A DNA stretch of 63,995 nucleotides, filler included, from Sphacelaria rigidula (lineage: Eukaryota), in assembly GCA_964200075.2 (NCBI GenBank). It is 3 parts of 3 records of this genome, joined end to end, with 100 filler letters (N's around TTAATTAATTAA, not from the genome) between each part and the next. Parts side by side here need not be neighbours in the genome. Positions count along the whole stretch, not along the records: positions 21,660 to 43,202 come from CAXNAA020000408.1; 2 more parts are not named here. One strand, written 5' to 3'. The position numbers and the translations under genes were made by a program. The notes under the pieces were generated by a model. It saw only the letters and a program-made list of their open reading frames with translations, ran no database searches and was not told the DNA's origin. Shown here in pieces: positions 23,963 to 37,400 of the stretch. The first letter of the stretch is position 1. The number at the start of each line of letters is the position of its first letter.

Positions 23963-26900
23963 GGGGTAAATCATGTGGAAGAGAAAATAGGCGGATTTTT
24001 CTCGGTTCCATGATTCCTTGAGGCACCACAAGTCTTGCACCCCAATATCTCAACAAAGGAATTCCTTACTGCATTTGTAACGGGAGTACTGTACTGATGT
24101 GCTCCTGACTCCGCTGTATTCATGGGCAAAACATCCGCGGGAGAAGTAGGAGTGGGGAAAGACAAACTAACGCATCACGTCTGCTCGCGCCCAGAACAAG
24201 ATGTGCTGCGGCGAGACTCTGCTACGGTCTGCCGCTATCTAACAGCAAGAGATTGACGCCATGTACCGTCTACGTCTAATGCTTGTTCTCTGTTCCGAAA
24301 ACCTGGCTATTGAATCACAATGTTTCGAACACGAGGCATGCGCTCTCCGCCATTGTCAAATGAAGTCATCTCGTCTCAGCTACCCTTTCCTCACTTTCCA
24401 GAACATGCACTACGGTACCTGTCATGCTTTGTTATTGAGGGAGACAGCCAATATCGTAGGTACGAGCAGCAGATATTTTTCTGAATTTTCGAATTTTCCG
24501 TTTTACACGAACGTGCAAATCTCTGTAGCCGCAGTCGTAGACCCAGCGAACGAGTGTGATAGCACAATAGAGTGCATGAAAAAAAAAACTCACATATGAA
24601 GGAACCCGTAAATAGAAGAGCAGATGCGATGGCAAAAAGCGAGTACTTCAGCACGCCTACCGAACCTCGTCGCCTTCCATGTCGTGGACCACCACCATTA
24701 CTGTCAATACCACCCCCTAAAACGATCCGTTCGGCTCCTTTGGATTTCTTCCAGTCACTCCCATGGTAGCACCGAAGACACAGTCGATGCCAACTATGGC
24801 GTAGTCTCACACCCATCCATTTGTGCATGCTGATCATCGTGAATAATTACACGCAAGCCAAACACCGAAGGGGAGCGTCGGTGAGCCTTGAATGCCATGC
24901 GTGCTGGTCAGGCGTTGACTACTTTCGTCTCTAAGACTACTGCGCAGATCCGCAGCCGTATACATACTCGGTATACCACCCCCGCAGAAGTTCTCTAACA
25001 TAAATGATCAAATTATCTGAAGTACTAGCTCCGTCAATCCGAAAAGAGAAGGTTAGTCAAGGAAATATCCATCATTTTCTTTCAATTCACTGCACATCGC
25101 ACAGTGTGCATGTTCGTACAAGCAACGAACATCGAAAATTCTCACCGACGAGCTCGAGACGTGTAGGGGTGCTATACCCCGTCACCGACGGGACTGTACT
25201 GTGCGCAAACCCAAACAGCAGACAGCAGCGAGAGTAAACAGCACAGACATGATAGCTGACAGAGCTGCCAGCAGGATACCAAGGATCTTCCCCCAGATAC
25301 TTGTGGAAAATGTTACTTCTTCGTCTCTAGCGCGGTTACTACTGACGCTGCTACTCTTGTCGAGTCACGCATCCCCATCTTGGGAGGTGTCTGCATGGGT
25401 CGTCTCTCCGGGAGTCGCACGGCCTACCTATGCTGCTGGTGCCATTGCCACTGACAGACGCTGGTCTGTGGCTGGATTTTCTTGCCATCTGCCAATGGGA
25501 CAGTAAGTGTCATGGGGTAGTAAGTATCATGGGGTAGTAAGTGTCGGGTTTTTACCAAATATAGCCTGCTCCATTGTGAAGTCGGAGGTTGATATGGCGT
25601 CAGGACATGGTCATCTGTAGTACTTCCATCACAGACAGTAGCAGCATCACAGCAGCGGCTGGACGTTCACATGCTTCGACCAGTTTTCACACATCGTACG
25701 GGCTGGTTCACGCTTTCACCCAAAATTGCGTTATCAGTAAATGCCTTCCTCACGACGTACCCAATTGTCGCAACCGTGGTGTCATATTGACTGCAATGAA
25801 CAGACGAAGGGGGTGACATGACCGGATTTTTGTTTCAAGGCTATAACGGTGGTGCTAGGGGCAATAGATACTTCGACCGATCAGTGTCCTTGAAATTGTC
25901 CTGAAATTGATATACGAATTTCCAATTTCAACCTAATTTTCAGCTTTCCATTCTACACATGCTTCCAATCGTGGTAAGCGCCATCAGACTAAATTTTATG
26001 GCAACGGATATCGATATTTTTGAGACACGGTTTTGAAAAAATCGGTGGAACTTGAATCCGCGAACTCAAAATCAGGGGGACCGTTTTATGGCACAGACAG
26101 TATAGTATCACAGATTTGTGAAACGGTTCTGTACACAGACGGTCATTTTCTGTATGAGTTTGGTACTGCGTACTCGTACATGAAGCCGAAGAGCAGGCAG
26201 GCGGTAAACAATCCTTCAAGTACAGTATCGTACCTTGGTACACTAGGGTAATACAGTGCAGGACACTCCATCATCACATGATGATGCCTTGTGGTAGTAC
26301 ATGATGGCACAGCCGGTATTGCGACAACAGAGGACAAACAGTGCGCGAGCAGAGTTCAGTAGTGCAGTGCCGTACATCACCCGTCAAGAAAAAGCGACAA
26401 CAGCTAGGAGAGCACAGCAGCGTTCGTTACAGTGAAACATATGACAACGCAGCGCAGCATCAAATATTGCTATTGCCGCAGGGTACGACGTCAGCACTTA
26501 CTGTCCGCTTGTCAAACCCCGTGCGAAGTTGCTTCAGCAGCTGACGCGGGCAGTAGGCACGCCCTGTGCTTTCACGAGACTTTCTTCTGCTGCCGTTGCC
26601 AAAATATCAAACGCCTCGTACCCCACCATTGTACGTCAATGCACGTACGTCACCTCGAACAAATCGGGGGAAGTCACGATCTCGGAACGATTTGCTCCGA
26701 TTTTTTCGCCTCCGATTTGGTCCAAATTGGTGCCCGTAAAATGCGTTCCCCGATTTTTCCCCCCCCGATGCTCGAAAAAATCGAGATTGGTGACCGCCAT
26801 AAAAGTGAGTCTCAGCTCGGGAATCTAAAGGGAAAAATGTTTGGAAACGGTTGTCATGAGGTTCGTGTACCACTTGGTTGAAGAAATCTCTGAGGAGATT

Positions 26901-28879
26901 TATGGTGGTGGGACAGGTGATGGTGATCGTAATTATTCTTGTCGCACATGCGCCTGATTCTTTGATCTACACACGTCAGCTGTCCGTCACCTTTGTTCAT
27001 GATAGTCACGGACGGGTTGCGCCGCATTTCAGCACGAGCGAGCACACCCAGCTAAGACACACACACGCACCTTCAGTCATGCACAAACACAGACCAGGAC
27101 AGTGTGCGGCATCTTTGCTGCTGCTGGATTTGCTGAGTTGCTTCGGTATGTCAGTTTTGAGAAGACTTCAGGTGATACGCATAGTATTTTATGTGTACGC
27201 AATCGAGTACCGAGGTTGCGCAGCGCACCTCGCGCTGCTGCAATTGCTATGCGGTCGATGTAGCGCCGAGGGCAGGGATACACAGTGGATACAGCTCGAG
27301 TGTCTGTCAAGACCCCATCATCACACCACAGCTAAGTTGTGGGCCTATACCCGAGACAAGTTGGTCATGAGTAGCAGCGATCATGTGCAGCTGCGTCCGT
27401 TCTATGCTTTACTGGCGGGAAATCATACCGTTCTGGCGGAAAATCAACGCAGCGATGACGCCAATCCTTCCTCCGTGGAGAAGGCGGGCCTGTCGCCGAG
27501 AAACTGAACGGGATGACTTTGACCCGGTGTTTTTGTCCGATCAACACTCGACACCGGGGCGACATACTCATCCTCCAGCAGTATGCTCCGCGCAAGACGA
27601 CCCTGCTTCTTCCCGACTATCCTATTGCTTGCAATTGGATTCAGTTACTCTGAAGCGTCAGTAACGGTCGTTGGGGGCACTCCGCACAGAACTACTGCAT
27701 GGCAGGACGGGGCAAAACACCAAACTGAACAACCCGCTTGTTGCATCGAAGAGGGGAGGCGGGGCGGGGAGGAGGACATGGAGAGAGGGCGAGTCGATAA
27801 GATGGATTATTCGGCGCAGGTGGTGGCAGCGACGGTCGCGGTGGAGAGGATGCCAGCACCGGAGGGGGAGGCGGTGCCGGGGACTTGTGGTTATGCGTAG
27901 GGTATAAAGTGCTGAACTGGGCATCACACCACCCTTCGAACTGCGATGTGCGCAACGGTCCCAGGGTGCCCGAAAAGGGGCACTGCCGTGGAGGGGTTGG
28001 GCGAGGTGGCAGCGGCAGTAATGGGGGCGGGGACGGGAATGGGGGCTGCGGCGGCAGCAGCAGTGGCTGGAGGGGGTGTGTGGGCGAGGATGGAGGAGGG
28101 TCAACCCTTCGCGTGAGTCCGGCAAGGGGACTGGTCCTCGACAACATGAGGAAGGACGAACTCTATGATCTCTACGTTTGATGCTTCAGGGGCGAGGCTG
28201 GATTGAACTCGTGAGTTTAGCAGAGCCCTCTACAATCATGCGCGCCCTCTGCTTGCACCATGCTATCAGCGCATCCGCGGTGAAGAGCCACCTGCCTTGT
28301 CCAGTTGAAAAATAAGCATCACAAGACTTTTCTTGGTTCGCCCAGATAACCCCTAAACCGTCGTCTACAAAGTTACACGTGATAACACCGGTTCGGCATC
28401 ACCTCGAATTCATTTATTCACCATGTCCACGAACTTCTTGTTTTTTCGTGCTCCTCGGCAATCGATTCCGTTTCGCCGATTTGGGTGGAGGGGAATGTAG
28501 TATCATTTACGAAGTTGTTGAGACAAAAAGTCAGCTTGGTTTGACTCCAAAATTTCTCTGCGACAAAGACTCCAACATGACCGTCTTGGTTTGACTTGGG
28601 TTTTTCTTTGCGACAAATGCCGTTGTCGGCGACATGTTTGTAACTCAATAACTGAAACTACGAGAAGAAATACAAAGCGGCATTCAAAATCTCCGCCCAT
28701 AAATCAGCTTGTCCTGAAATACCCAGGTCAGTCGGGCGACTTCCAAAAACCCGAGGATATTTTCGGAGCGACCCTGCTTTGTGCTTTTCGATAAATACTC
28801 CCAGGGGTACAAGTAAAATCGGTTGAAACCTGGCAGTAATGGGCCCATCGTTAAACTCTTTGGGAACCCTCCCCTCCCC

Positions 28880-31800
28880 TCCCCTCCCCGGTCCAGACGC
28901 CTCATTACTTCAAGCGCTGACGAAGAAGAAAATATGCAAGAAGAAAATAACGACAACAATCATTTTTACGGCGGAAGATCACAGAAGAATCCGACATGGA
29001 TCATGCTCGCACCAAAAACGTCGCCCAGGTGCGGTTGGATCAGTTTGATCCAGTGACGTGACGCAACGGGTCAAGTGTGTTCAACTTTGTGCACACGACA
29101 AAAATCAGCACCGCGGCCTCTGAATTTCATACAGCACCACCTGTATATCCTCTCTATATCCAGTCCCACGTGACACTGGGGCACGCTCTAATAACGGTGA
29201 CGCACCGCACCGGAGTATTGTTGTGCGGGAGTCCGGAGGTCGTACCCGCCCAACACTCGGCCAGCGGGCTAAGTCACGTCACAGAAACAAAGTAGTATGG
29301 CCGAGCACACAGAAATCCCGTCACCACACGTGAAAATGTTGAGGTGCGATATTTACGCGATTCACCACCAGTTGGAGCGGCTCTGAAAAAAGCGCCTTGG
29401 GAAAAATAGTGCTGCGTGGAAGCTGCAAACAATCGACCATATGCCGCTCAAAAAACAGCACCTCGAAGTCAGCATTTTTCCATTGCCAGAACCAAAAGGG
29501 CTAATTTTCTTCACGTTTCCAGATCTTGGCCGGGGATGGTTCATCACCCCCCTCCCCCCCCGCCGCTCCTTAAAATCAATGTAGCCCTTTTCAGCGTATG
29601 GCGTCCATTGCATTGGAGACGAATTTTCGTTCCATATTTTGACCTGTGGTGTGGATTAATTTCGATGACGAGTCAATGACCCGTCCTTCTTTTGAGGAAC
29701 AGCGCGAGTGTACATTATATACTTTTTACTTTTTCCATGATGAGAAGGCGTTGGCTCCGCCATGTCTTTGTTTCTACCTGTCACTGTCGCTTACCAAAGT
29801 TCACGGGTCTGGCGTACTTGTTTGCAGGCGCACAGCGACGCTAATGCTCATGGGCCTGTTCGAGCAACTCCGATCACATTTCATCTCATATACCAGAGGC
29901 AGCGAGCAGTGTTTAATTTTTTTCTTGGTGTGTGGGTCTGCGGTGACATTGAGTGTAGAAAGGTCTTACACCGCAGACGGGATTCAGATGGTGCACATGC
30001 TTCTCTGGAGGGCGGAGGGTCCAAAGATGTTTTGTAGGGGGTCAACCACTTGCTGGTGAGACGAGTTTCGTTGTTTCTCTCAAAACCGCTGAATTTCGGG
30101 GAATACAGTGAAAAAATAAATGCTGTTCTTCGTGCGCACCCTCTTGGCGATGAACGATTTCCTTGTACGATCGTGTGGATTCACAGACATCTACTACCGA
30201 TCGCACTCAAGAACAGCATTGTCACATGGCAGTGGACTGGTACCTCGTATAGCAGATATCAACGGCACCTTCGAACCCCACTCGTTTCATTATTCATAAC
30301 GGGTGCATGACATGTCTGCCTTCGGTCGGCGAGCATGGATACAAGGCAGAGGGTTGGGTAACGCTTGTGATTTTCAAAGAAATAGGTGTCTTCCAATAAT
30401 AATCTCCTCATTTTTACCCCACTTGTGGTATGCGCGATGATGATTTTTATTGTTCCTTCTTTCCAATCTTCGGTTCCGCTCGTTGTCCTGATCACGGATA
30501 CACCGTGTATGGTGATACCGACCATGCAAAAGAGCTGTGGGTACCTTCTCTATAACGGTGAAACCCTTCCCTCGTACGACGTTTTTCACGATTTGAATTT
30601 CTCCCCTCTCGTCGACGTTGCCGCTGAAAAGTCGCCGGGTACATGAACTTGTGCTGTTCGCGACACCGTGGTCAACAGCTATAATAGAACTGTCTGTATG
30701 AAAATGGAGTGTACTTCCTCAGCTTTCATGAAGCGGCTTTCGTTTGATGAAGAAATGCAGAGTCACGGCGGCGAGTTGGAAGGCGTTGCAGGAAACTAGC
30801 GAGACCTTCACGGGCAGTAGTGGCAGCGGCGTGAGGAGTTGAGGGGTGAGCGGTGGGAAAGAGGGGGACAACCGCCAATGGCACGACGTGGAGAAACACC
30901 CACACTTGCTCCACAATGTATTGGCAACAGCTGCTCGTGAGACCAAGCAAAGTGAAGTACCTGCTTTGCCCAGCTTCCCCGGCTTCCCTGTTCAGCTCAT
31001 GGTCCCCGGCGCGGCCGAGCGTGAAATTAACGGAATGGCATTAAGGGAGGGGAAGCACTACTCCAATACTGCTAGGTAAGAGTCACTGTTATCTATTCAC
31101 CGGATCCGTTATATGTGCTGGCCCGACCGGTATTCAATGCATTCGGGGGCGCGCAGCGTATGTATTCGCGTGACACACAGAGTACGCTCCATGCCTGCAA
31201 GCTCTGCTACTTCCTGTGTCACCGAGATATGGCAATCTCCGTCGTGTTTTTGGCTCAGGCCAAGGTGAACTTTATGACCGACGCACTGGGGCCCGCCTAT
31301 GGCCGCATGAAGAAGAAAGCAAGCGCGGGCGGGCGATGGTAACTTTTGTCATCTCTTGATATTTTATTCAAAATGCGAAGATTTGGTCGCTCCTTACCGC
31401 GTTGTTTCCCGCTGTGACTGATACACCCATCTCGTCACGAGACAAGCAAGGTAGTATTCAGCTATTCAAAGCGCCCGCTCTGCCGTATTCTCTTGGCTTT
31501 TTTTCAACTGCCGAAACTCGCTGTATGTTCCTGCCATATTTCCCGCAGTGCATTCTCGTGGTGGAGCGGAGTTCGGGACCCCCGCCCATGCTGTGAAGTG
31601 TTCGCAGATTGCACTATCCTGCCGCAATCCTGAAGGTGCAGCAGGAAGGCCTATTAATAGTTCAAGGCTACCAGTTTCCCTCCGACACGAAGTCGCCCGC
31701 AGAAGCTCAAGTTTGAATACCTCATCCGCTTCTCGGACAGCTCGCCGGACTGTACCTATCCTCCGATGGACCTCACGAAATAGCCCACGGTCCGCAGTGT

Positions 31801-32433
31801 CCAGCTTTATTTCGTGGGCTCTAGACAGGTGACGAGTTGGCGGGCGTCAAACGCAATCTTCATGCGCGGGACCATCCCAAAAAGGAAAAATCCTCACGAG
31901 CAGGACCACTCCAAAAAGGACTGTGATTTCTTCGCTTTCATGGTGACTCTCATAAATGAGCTCGAGAACCAGGCCATCAACGGCAGGTCGGTGGATCGCC
32001 TGGTAGCGCCGCCAAGCACCCCAAACAGCATCGAGTAGGACGCAAAGTGGGCATGTGGAAATACAGGCGGTGCTTTTGTATGACTCCGCTTATGCTGTCT
32101 TTCGACCGGTTCGGTAGAACAGCGTGGCGTTTTTTTAATGAAGGCCTGGTGCTGCAAGGGTTACGGACGATGATTTTTTTTGCTCGTGCTTCAAAAGCTT
32201 TGACGGCCGGTGCGAGGAACATTCTTCTCGACGCTTGCGGCTGAAAGGGTCGAAGCTACCGTGTTTGTGTTGGTACATTGCATTGTGGTGGCAGGAGCTT
32301 TTGTTCAGCTGTTTTATGTGCCTCGGGGACGTACGTGCACAAGGTGCGAGTTGCGGTCTGTAATGAAGTGTGATATCGTCCGCTGGGCTATCGATTCGCT
32401 CGGTCACCGTGCATGCCCCGCTTGGAATTGCTG
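28880..32433 (+). pseudogene. Decayed piggyBac-like (DDE_Tnp_1_7) transposase fragments
   Basis: Colinear degenerate motifs recognised by eye: acidic N-terminus (~28920), HVTETK*YG (~29280), LFEQLRSHF (~29860), IALKNSIVTW (~30200), MTCLPSVGEHGYK (~30310), CGYLLYNGE (~30535), GFPVQL...LREGKH (~30980), AVKCSQIALS (~31590), SNAIF...FFAFMVTLINEL (~31850-31960), Cys-rich tail (~32335). Many stops and frameshifts. Confidence 0.55.
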
Positions 32434-33205
32434 TACGAGCTGGGCCAGTCGGCAGCCGTTTTTTGCTCGGCGATTTCTTCACAGCTTACTTTCAGGACTT
32501 AGGAGCTGATATTTTTGAAAAATCAAACTATCGATGAGCAGAAATCGACCACAGTCCACGAGGAAAGAAAGACGCAGAAAGTTGAAGCCATTTAAGTCAA
32601 AATGCCATCTTCCGTACATTGGTGATGCCACGACAGCCGACCTCCAAACCAGCCTCGAAATTGTCACGAAGGCAATCGTTGTACAGTCCACGGCAGCTGG
32701 TTTCAGACTGCATGCAGCGCCTCATATTAGCGATTGTCTTGCGGTCAATTGGCGATCGCGGGTACGGATGAATTCCGGGTATCACCAAGATTGACAGCCA
32801 GCTACTCTCAGCCTAGCTGAGCGCCCCGATTGATTTTACTTCACCATGTGTGTACTGCTGAGTTGGAGGAATCACGAGCTGGAAGGTGGCACAAGGTCTA
32901 CATTGTAAATACGCGTAAAGTGGCTGAAGGTCTGACGAAAAATACATACATCCAGCGAAGTTGAGCGAGTTCATAAACGAGAGACCCTACGAAGGGGGGG
33001 GGGGTATTCGTTTGCGCACGAGAATCAGGGGCTCACAGGTGTGTCAGATGCCCTAAAACATTCGCGACGGGCGTTATTTGGGTGACAAAAGTGTCGAAGA
33101 GTATAGGTGATTGTGTCTTATTGGTAGCAAGCGCGTTCAAACAATTGTTGCTCCGTTTACGACAATGTGGAGTGGCATTTTCACGCAAGAAGTTGCCCAA
33201 CCCCC

Positions 33206-33669
33206 TGTTATGGATTAGCAAAGCTACATAAGTCAATGTTCAGTAGTATTATAGCAGTCGAGATCTGAATGGACACACCGTATCTTAGGAACGTTCTCAA
33301 GAACACTAGTTGGTTCAAGTAGGCCACGTAGAACGGTACTTTGGTTCCTGGAACAGTACTTTCCAGAACAAGCTTCTAGACTAGACTAGTCTAGAACATG
33401 CGTGTGTGTCTGATATTCTAGAAAGAGAAGAGGTGCAGCCAAGCTCGCCCCCCTGCTCTCTCGCTCCGCTTTCTCTCCTGTCTTCTTCCCTAGACTGCCA
33501 AAGTCTGTCGTTCTCTAGAAGTCTTTGTTGGCCGCAAGCGCCCATTCAACATCAACAAGTCTACAGCAGTAGCATCACCTGCTACCTGCAAGCTAGCTGT
33601 ACAGACTAACGTCTGTCGGTGTGAGCCTTTGCCACCACCTGCTGGGAACCACACGTAAATCCCACAATA
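33206..33669 (+). repeat. 5' LTR
   Basis: TGTTATGG...CCCACAATA; about 10 substitutions and 1 indel versus the 3' LTR by manual count. Confidence 0.95.
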
Positions 33670-34499
33670 GGTTCTGAAGCCTCAATTCAGCACGGCACCA
33701 GTGCGAGGTATTTCGGGGGGACATCTTCCTCTAAGCATCAAGCACAAGCTAGCGTCCACGCGTCTACACCTTCTGCTGTATGAGACTGTACGAGAGCCTT
33801 TTGAAGGTCCATCTGCGGAGTCAATCTGCTTGCGACTGAGGGCACCGGACTGATCACCCGCAGGACTCAGCATACGCACACAGTCGGTACGACTTGTTGG
33901 TGCATCGCATTCGGGGGCACAAATTATCAAGACGTCGATTCATTGGCGGCGTATAGAACTGTGCAGCTACACTTTTATCGTGTTGAGCTACTCAAAAGCT
34001 CAGGACGGGTGAAATTGTAGTTTTTGCGGTGATTGCGTTTCGACAACTTGCCCACAAAGGAAGCCTGCCCGCATCATCTTGCAGCACGCCTGTCAAGCAC
34101 TTCTGAGTAGTGCCTGGAGGACAGGCGTGGCCGGACAGCATAAATTGTTTTGCTGTGACCGAAATAAAGCCTACACGCAGCGACGAGTAGCAAGTCGGAG
34201 CAGTGCATATCACTGTACCTGCAAGACCGGGTTGCAGACTAGCTACCTGCAGCCGGGAGAGCCTGGACGCAGCGACGTGTAGCAAGTCTGTCCAGCGCTG
34301 ATTAGTAGAGCCTGGGGGGCAGACTGCCAGACAGCGAGAGACTGCTGGGCCAAAACGGAAGCCTGCAGGAGTAACCTACTTCTACTGCTGTAGCAACGAA
34401 ATCTGGACCGCACCACATTTGCGGGTCAAACATTTAGTTTGGGCCGTTGCAATGTGCTTAGGATTAGCCCGCGCGCCTGACGCGTAGCAGTCAAGCATC

Positions 34500-37400
34500 A
34501 TGAACAAGTCGACCAACATGAATAACACACTCAAGACTATCCCCAACTTCGGGGGTAAGGGTTTTCGTGAGTGGAGGTCGAAAGTGAGGATGGCCATCAG
34601 CTACGACAACAAGGGTATCTTCGACGTACCTAACGAGGAGGAGTGCCCCCAGGGCACGTCGAACCCTGACGCGATCGAGAAGTGGAACTCGGACAACTGG
34701 GACTTCTTCTTCATCCTCTTCTTTGCCACGACGGGATCAGCGCACAACGTACGCCAGTCCGAAGGCAAGAAACAAGGTGAAGGGCTTGGAAATGGAGTAG
34801 CTGCATGGGAGGCACTTGCGGAGAAGTATGACAGCTTCACCAAAGAAACACGTCGTGCCTGTTACGAGGAGCTAACAACGAACAAGATTGTTCAAGGCGA
34901 AGACCCGGATGACTTCTTCACCAAGATGGAAGACCTGCGGGGGCGCCTTAAAGATATGGGAGACGTTGTCTCGGACGAGAGGTTCGAGGACATCATTCTA
35001 CAGGCGATCTCCAACGACTACGACTACGTACGCCAAACCAGCTTCCGCGTTCGCGACTTTGGGCTGAAGGAAATCAAGACCACGATGAGGAACATGTACA
35101 TCGACAGCCTGTCACGAACCTCGACAAAGTCCATCGCCGGAAGGGGAGTGGCCATGCAGGCATCAAACAGAGGCAGCAGCAGCAAGTGCTTCAACTGCGA
35201 GCAACACGGCCATCGCCGCCGCGACTGCCCTGAACGTCCTCGGCACAATCAACATCAGCATAAGGGGCCTAAGAAGAAACACTGGAAGAAAGCAAGTGGA
35301 CAGCCTGGCCCGAAGTGGTGCTCTCTTCACAAGACAACACCTCACAGCAATGAAGAATGCTACAAGCAGCAGAAGGACGCCCACAACAAGCCACAAGGAA
35401 GAATCAACTTTGCCGATGCGGGGAGTGCGCACATTCCACAGGCCGACGATTCCGATGAGGAAACAATCGGCTTCTCCTTTGCATCAGTCGCGGCCTCGTC
35501 GTTGATCCCGACCGCTAGTAGTTCCACGAAGGCTGAAAAGAAAATCAAGTCCGTTATAGCCCTCGGACCTGCGTTGAAGGACTTGCTCAAGAAACAATCG
35601 GACGACTCAGGCCTATTCGCAGCGTTCGGCGAGACTTACGTGGCTAGATCAGCAACTGCATTCCCTCACCAACACACTGGGAAGACCAACGGCAGTTCCA
35701 TCATAATTCTGGTAAACAGCGGGTCGTCGGGGCACTACTTGGACATCGACCTTCATCCTGTACTGAAGGAGCGCATGTGGGACTACGAAGTTTTGGAGCA
35801 GCCCCATCAGATAATCACCGCAGGAGAACACCTCATCGAAGGCAAAGCGAAGGGCACCATAACAGGCACCTTCAGCGACCAACACGGGGAAAAGCAACCG
35901 GTATCGTTCTCAGCGTTAGCGGTACCTGGACTCGGGAGGCACCTCTTCTCTCCTGTTGTCGCATTGGGAATGGGAGTGGCGACCATCTTTGATTCGACAC
36001 AGCCGCGCTTGGAGATGGGCGACGTGATCGTAACCTTGAAGCGGCTTGGAAACGACACCACTCTCTGCTCCGTGTCTCTCGAATTGGACAGCCCGCCGAA
36101 CACGGCCATGCGGGCCGAGTCAGCGGACTTGTGGCAACGCAGGTTGGGACACATCAAGAGCAGGAGCTTGGATGTGCTAAGGAAGATCGACGACAACGGA
36201 GTCGACTACACCGGAACTATAGAGGCATACGACGTTTGCGCCATTGTGAAAAGCTCACATCGCCCTCATCCGAAGAATGCGACGTACGACGTTTCACGAC
36301 CTTTTCAGCTGGTTTCAACCGACCTGATGGGGCCCATGTCGCCGCCCGCATTGGGAGGGTTCCAATACGTCAGCAAGTTCGTTGATGGCAAGACCAAGTG
36401 AAAGGAAATCTTCCTCATCAAGACCAAGCGCGACGCCAACAAAACACTTCAGCTATTCAATCAGTCTCTGGTTGTCCCCACTGGATTTAGGCTGGACCGC
36501 CTCACGGGACACAAAGGAACGGAATACACCTGCCGTGAATTCCGGGAGTACTGCCTTCAAATCGGAGTACAGCTGGAGTTCGCTTTAACAAACCCCAACA
36601 AATCGGAGCAAACGAGCGTGCGGGGCGAACCCTTGCAGCTATGGTACGCTGCCTACTCACGGATTCGGGATTACCGAACTTCCTTTGGGGAGAACTGATG
36701 CAGACGGCGGTGTACCTAAGCAACAAAGTCCCACACGCAGCACTGGGAAACATCACTCCGTACAAGGCTTTATACGGCAAGGACGCCAACCTCGGACACC
36801 TTCGGGCAACTGGGGCCAGAGCATTCGTGCACGTCGAAACGCACACACGCAAACTCGACCCCAAGGCCTGGGAAGGACGTCTTCGTGGATACAGCATGGA
36901 CAGCAAATCGTTCCGCATCTACAATCCAGAGAAAAGAAACGTCAGGGAAAGCAGGAACGTCATCTTCATCGAGACGCCGTCTACCATAGACACTTTCTAC
37001 GATACCCCCCCCCCCCCAAAAGTGCATCGTTTTGGGAGGCAAAATCTTCACGTAAATCGAAATGGGAAAAGCCGAGCACAACGAGAAGCCATACCAGACC
37101 AGACGCCGAGCAGCGGGGCCGAGGACGACGACTCCGGGAAAGAACCAGGCAGTGGATCCGAAGAAGATGAGTTTCGATACGATACCAACGACGACCTGAA
37201 GCGTGATGTGATGGACTACACGTCATATCTCGACCTAGAGTCGCCTACGAGTCACCTTTCGGCCATATCTTCATCATCGGACACTAACGACATGCAACAG
37301 CTGGTCAGCAACATACAAGAGGTCGCCAGTCAGGACCTTCTTACCAGCAACAACGAGACCACGTCACCGAGTGGACCAGAACATGACGATTCGTCATCTG

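Noticed and set aside
36399..36401. TGA in copia pol as programmed readthrough or selenocysteine
   Set aside because: Lies inside integrase at a likely Trp codon, and the element has other stops, frameshifts and catalytic substitutions, so this is decay
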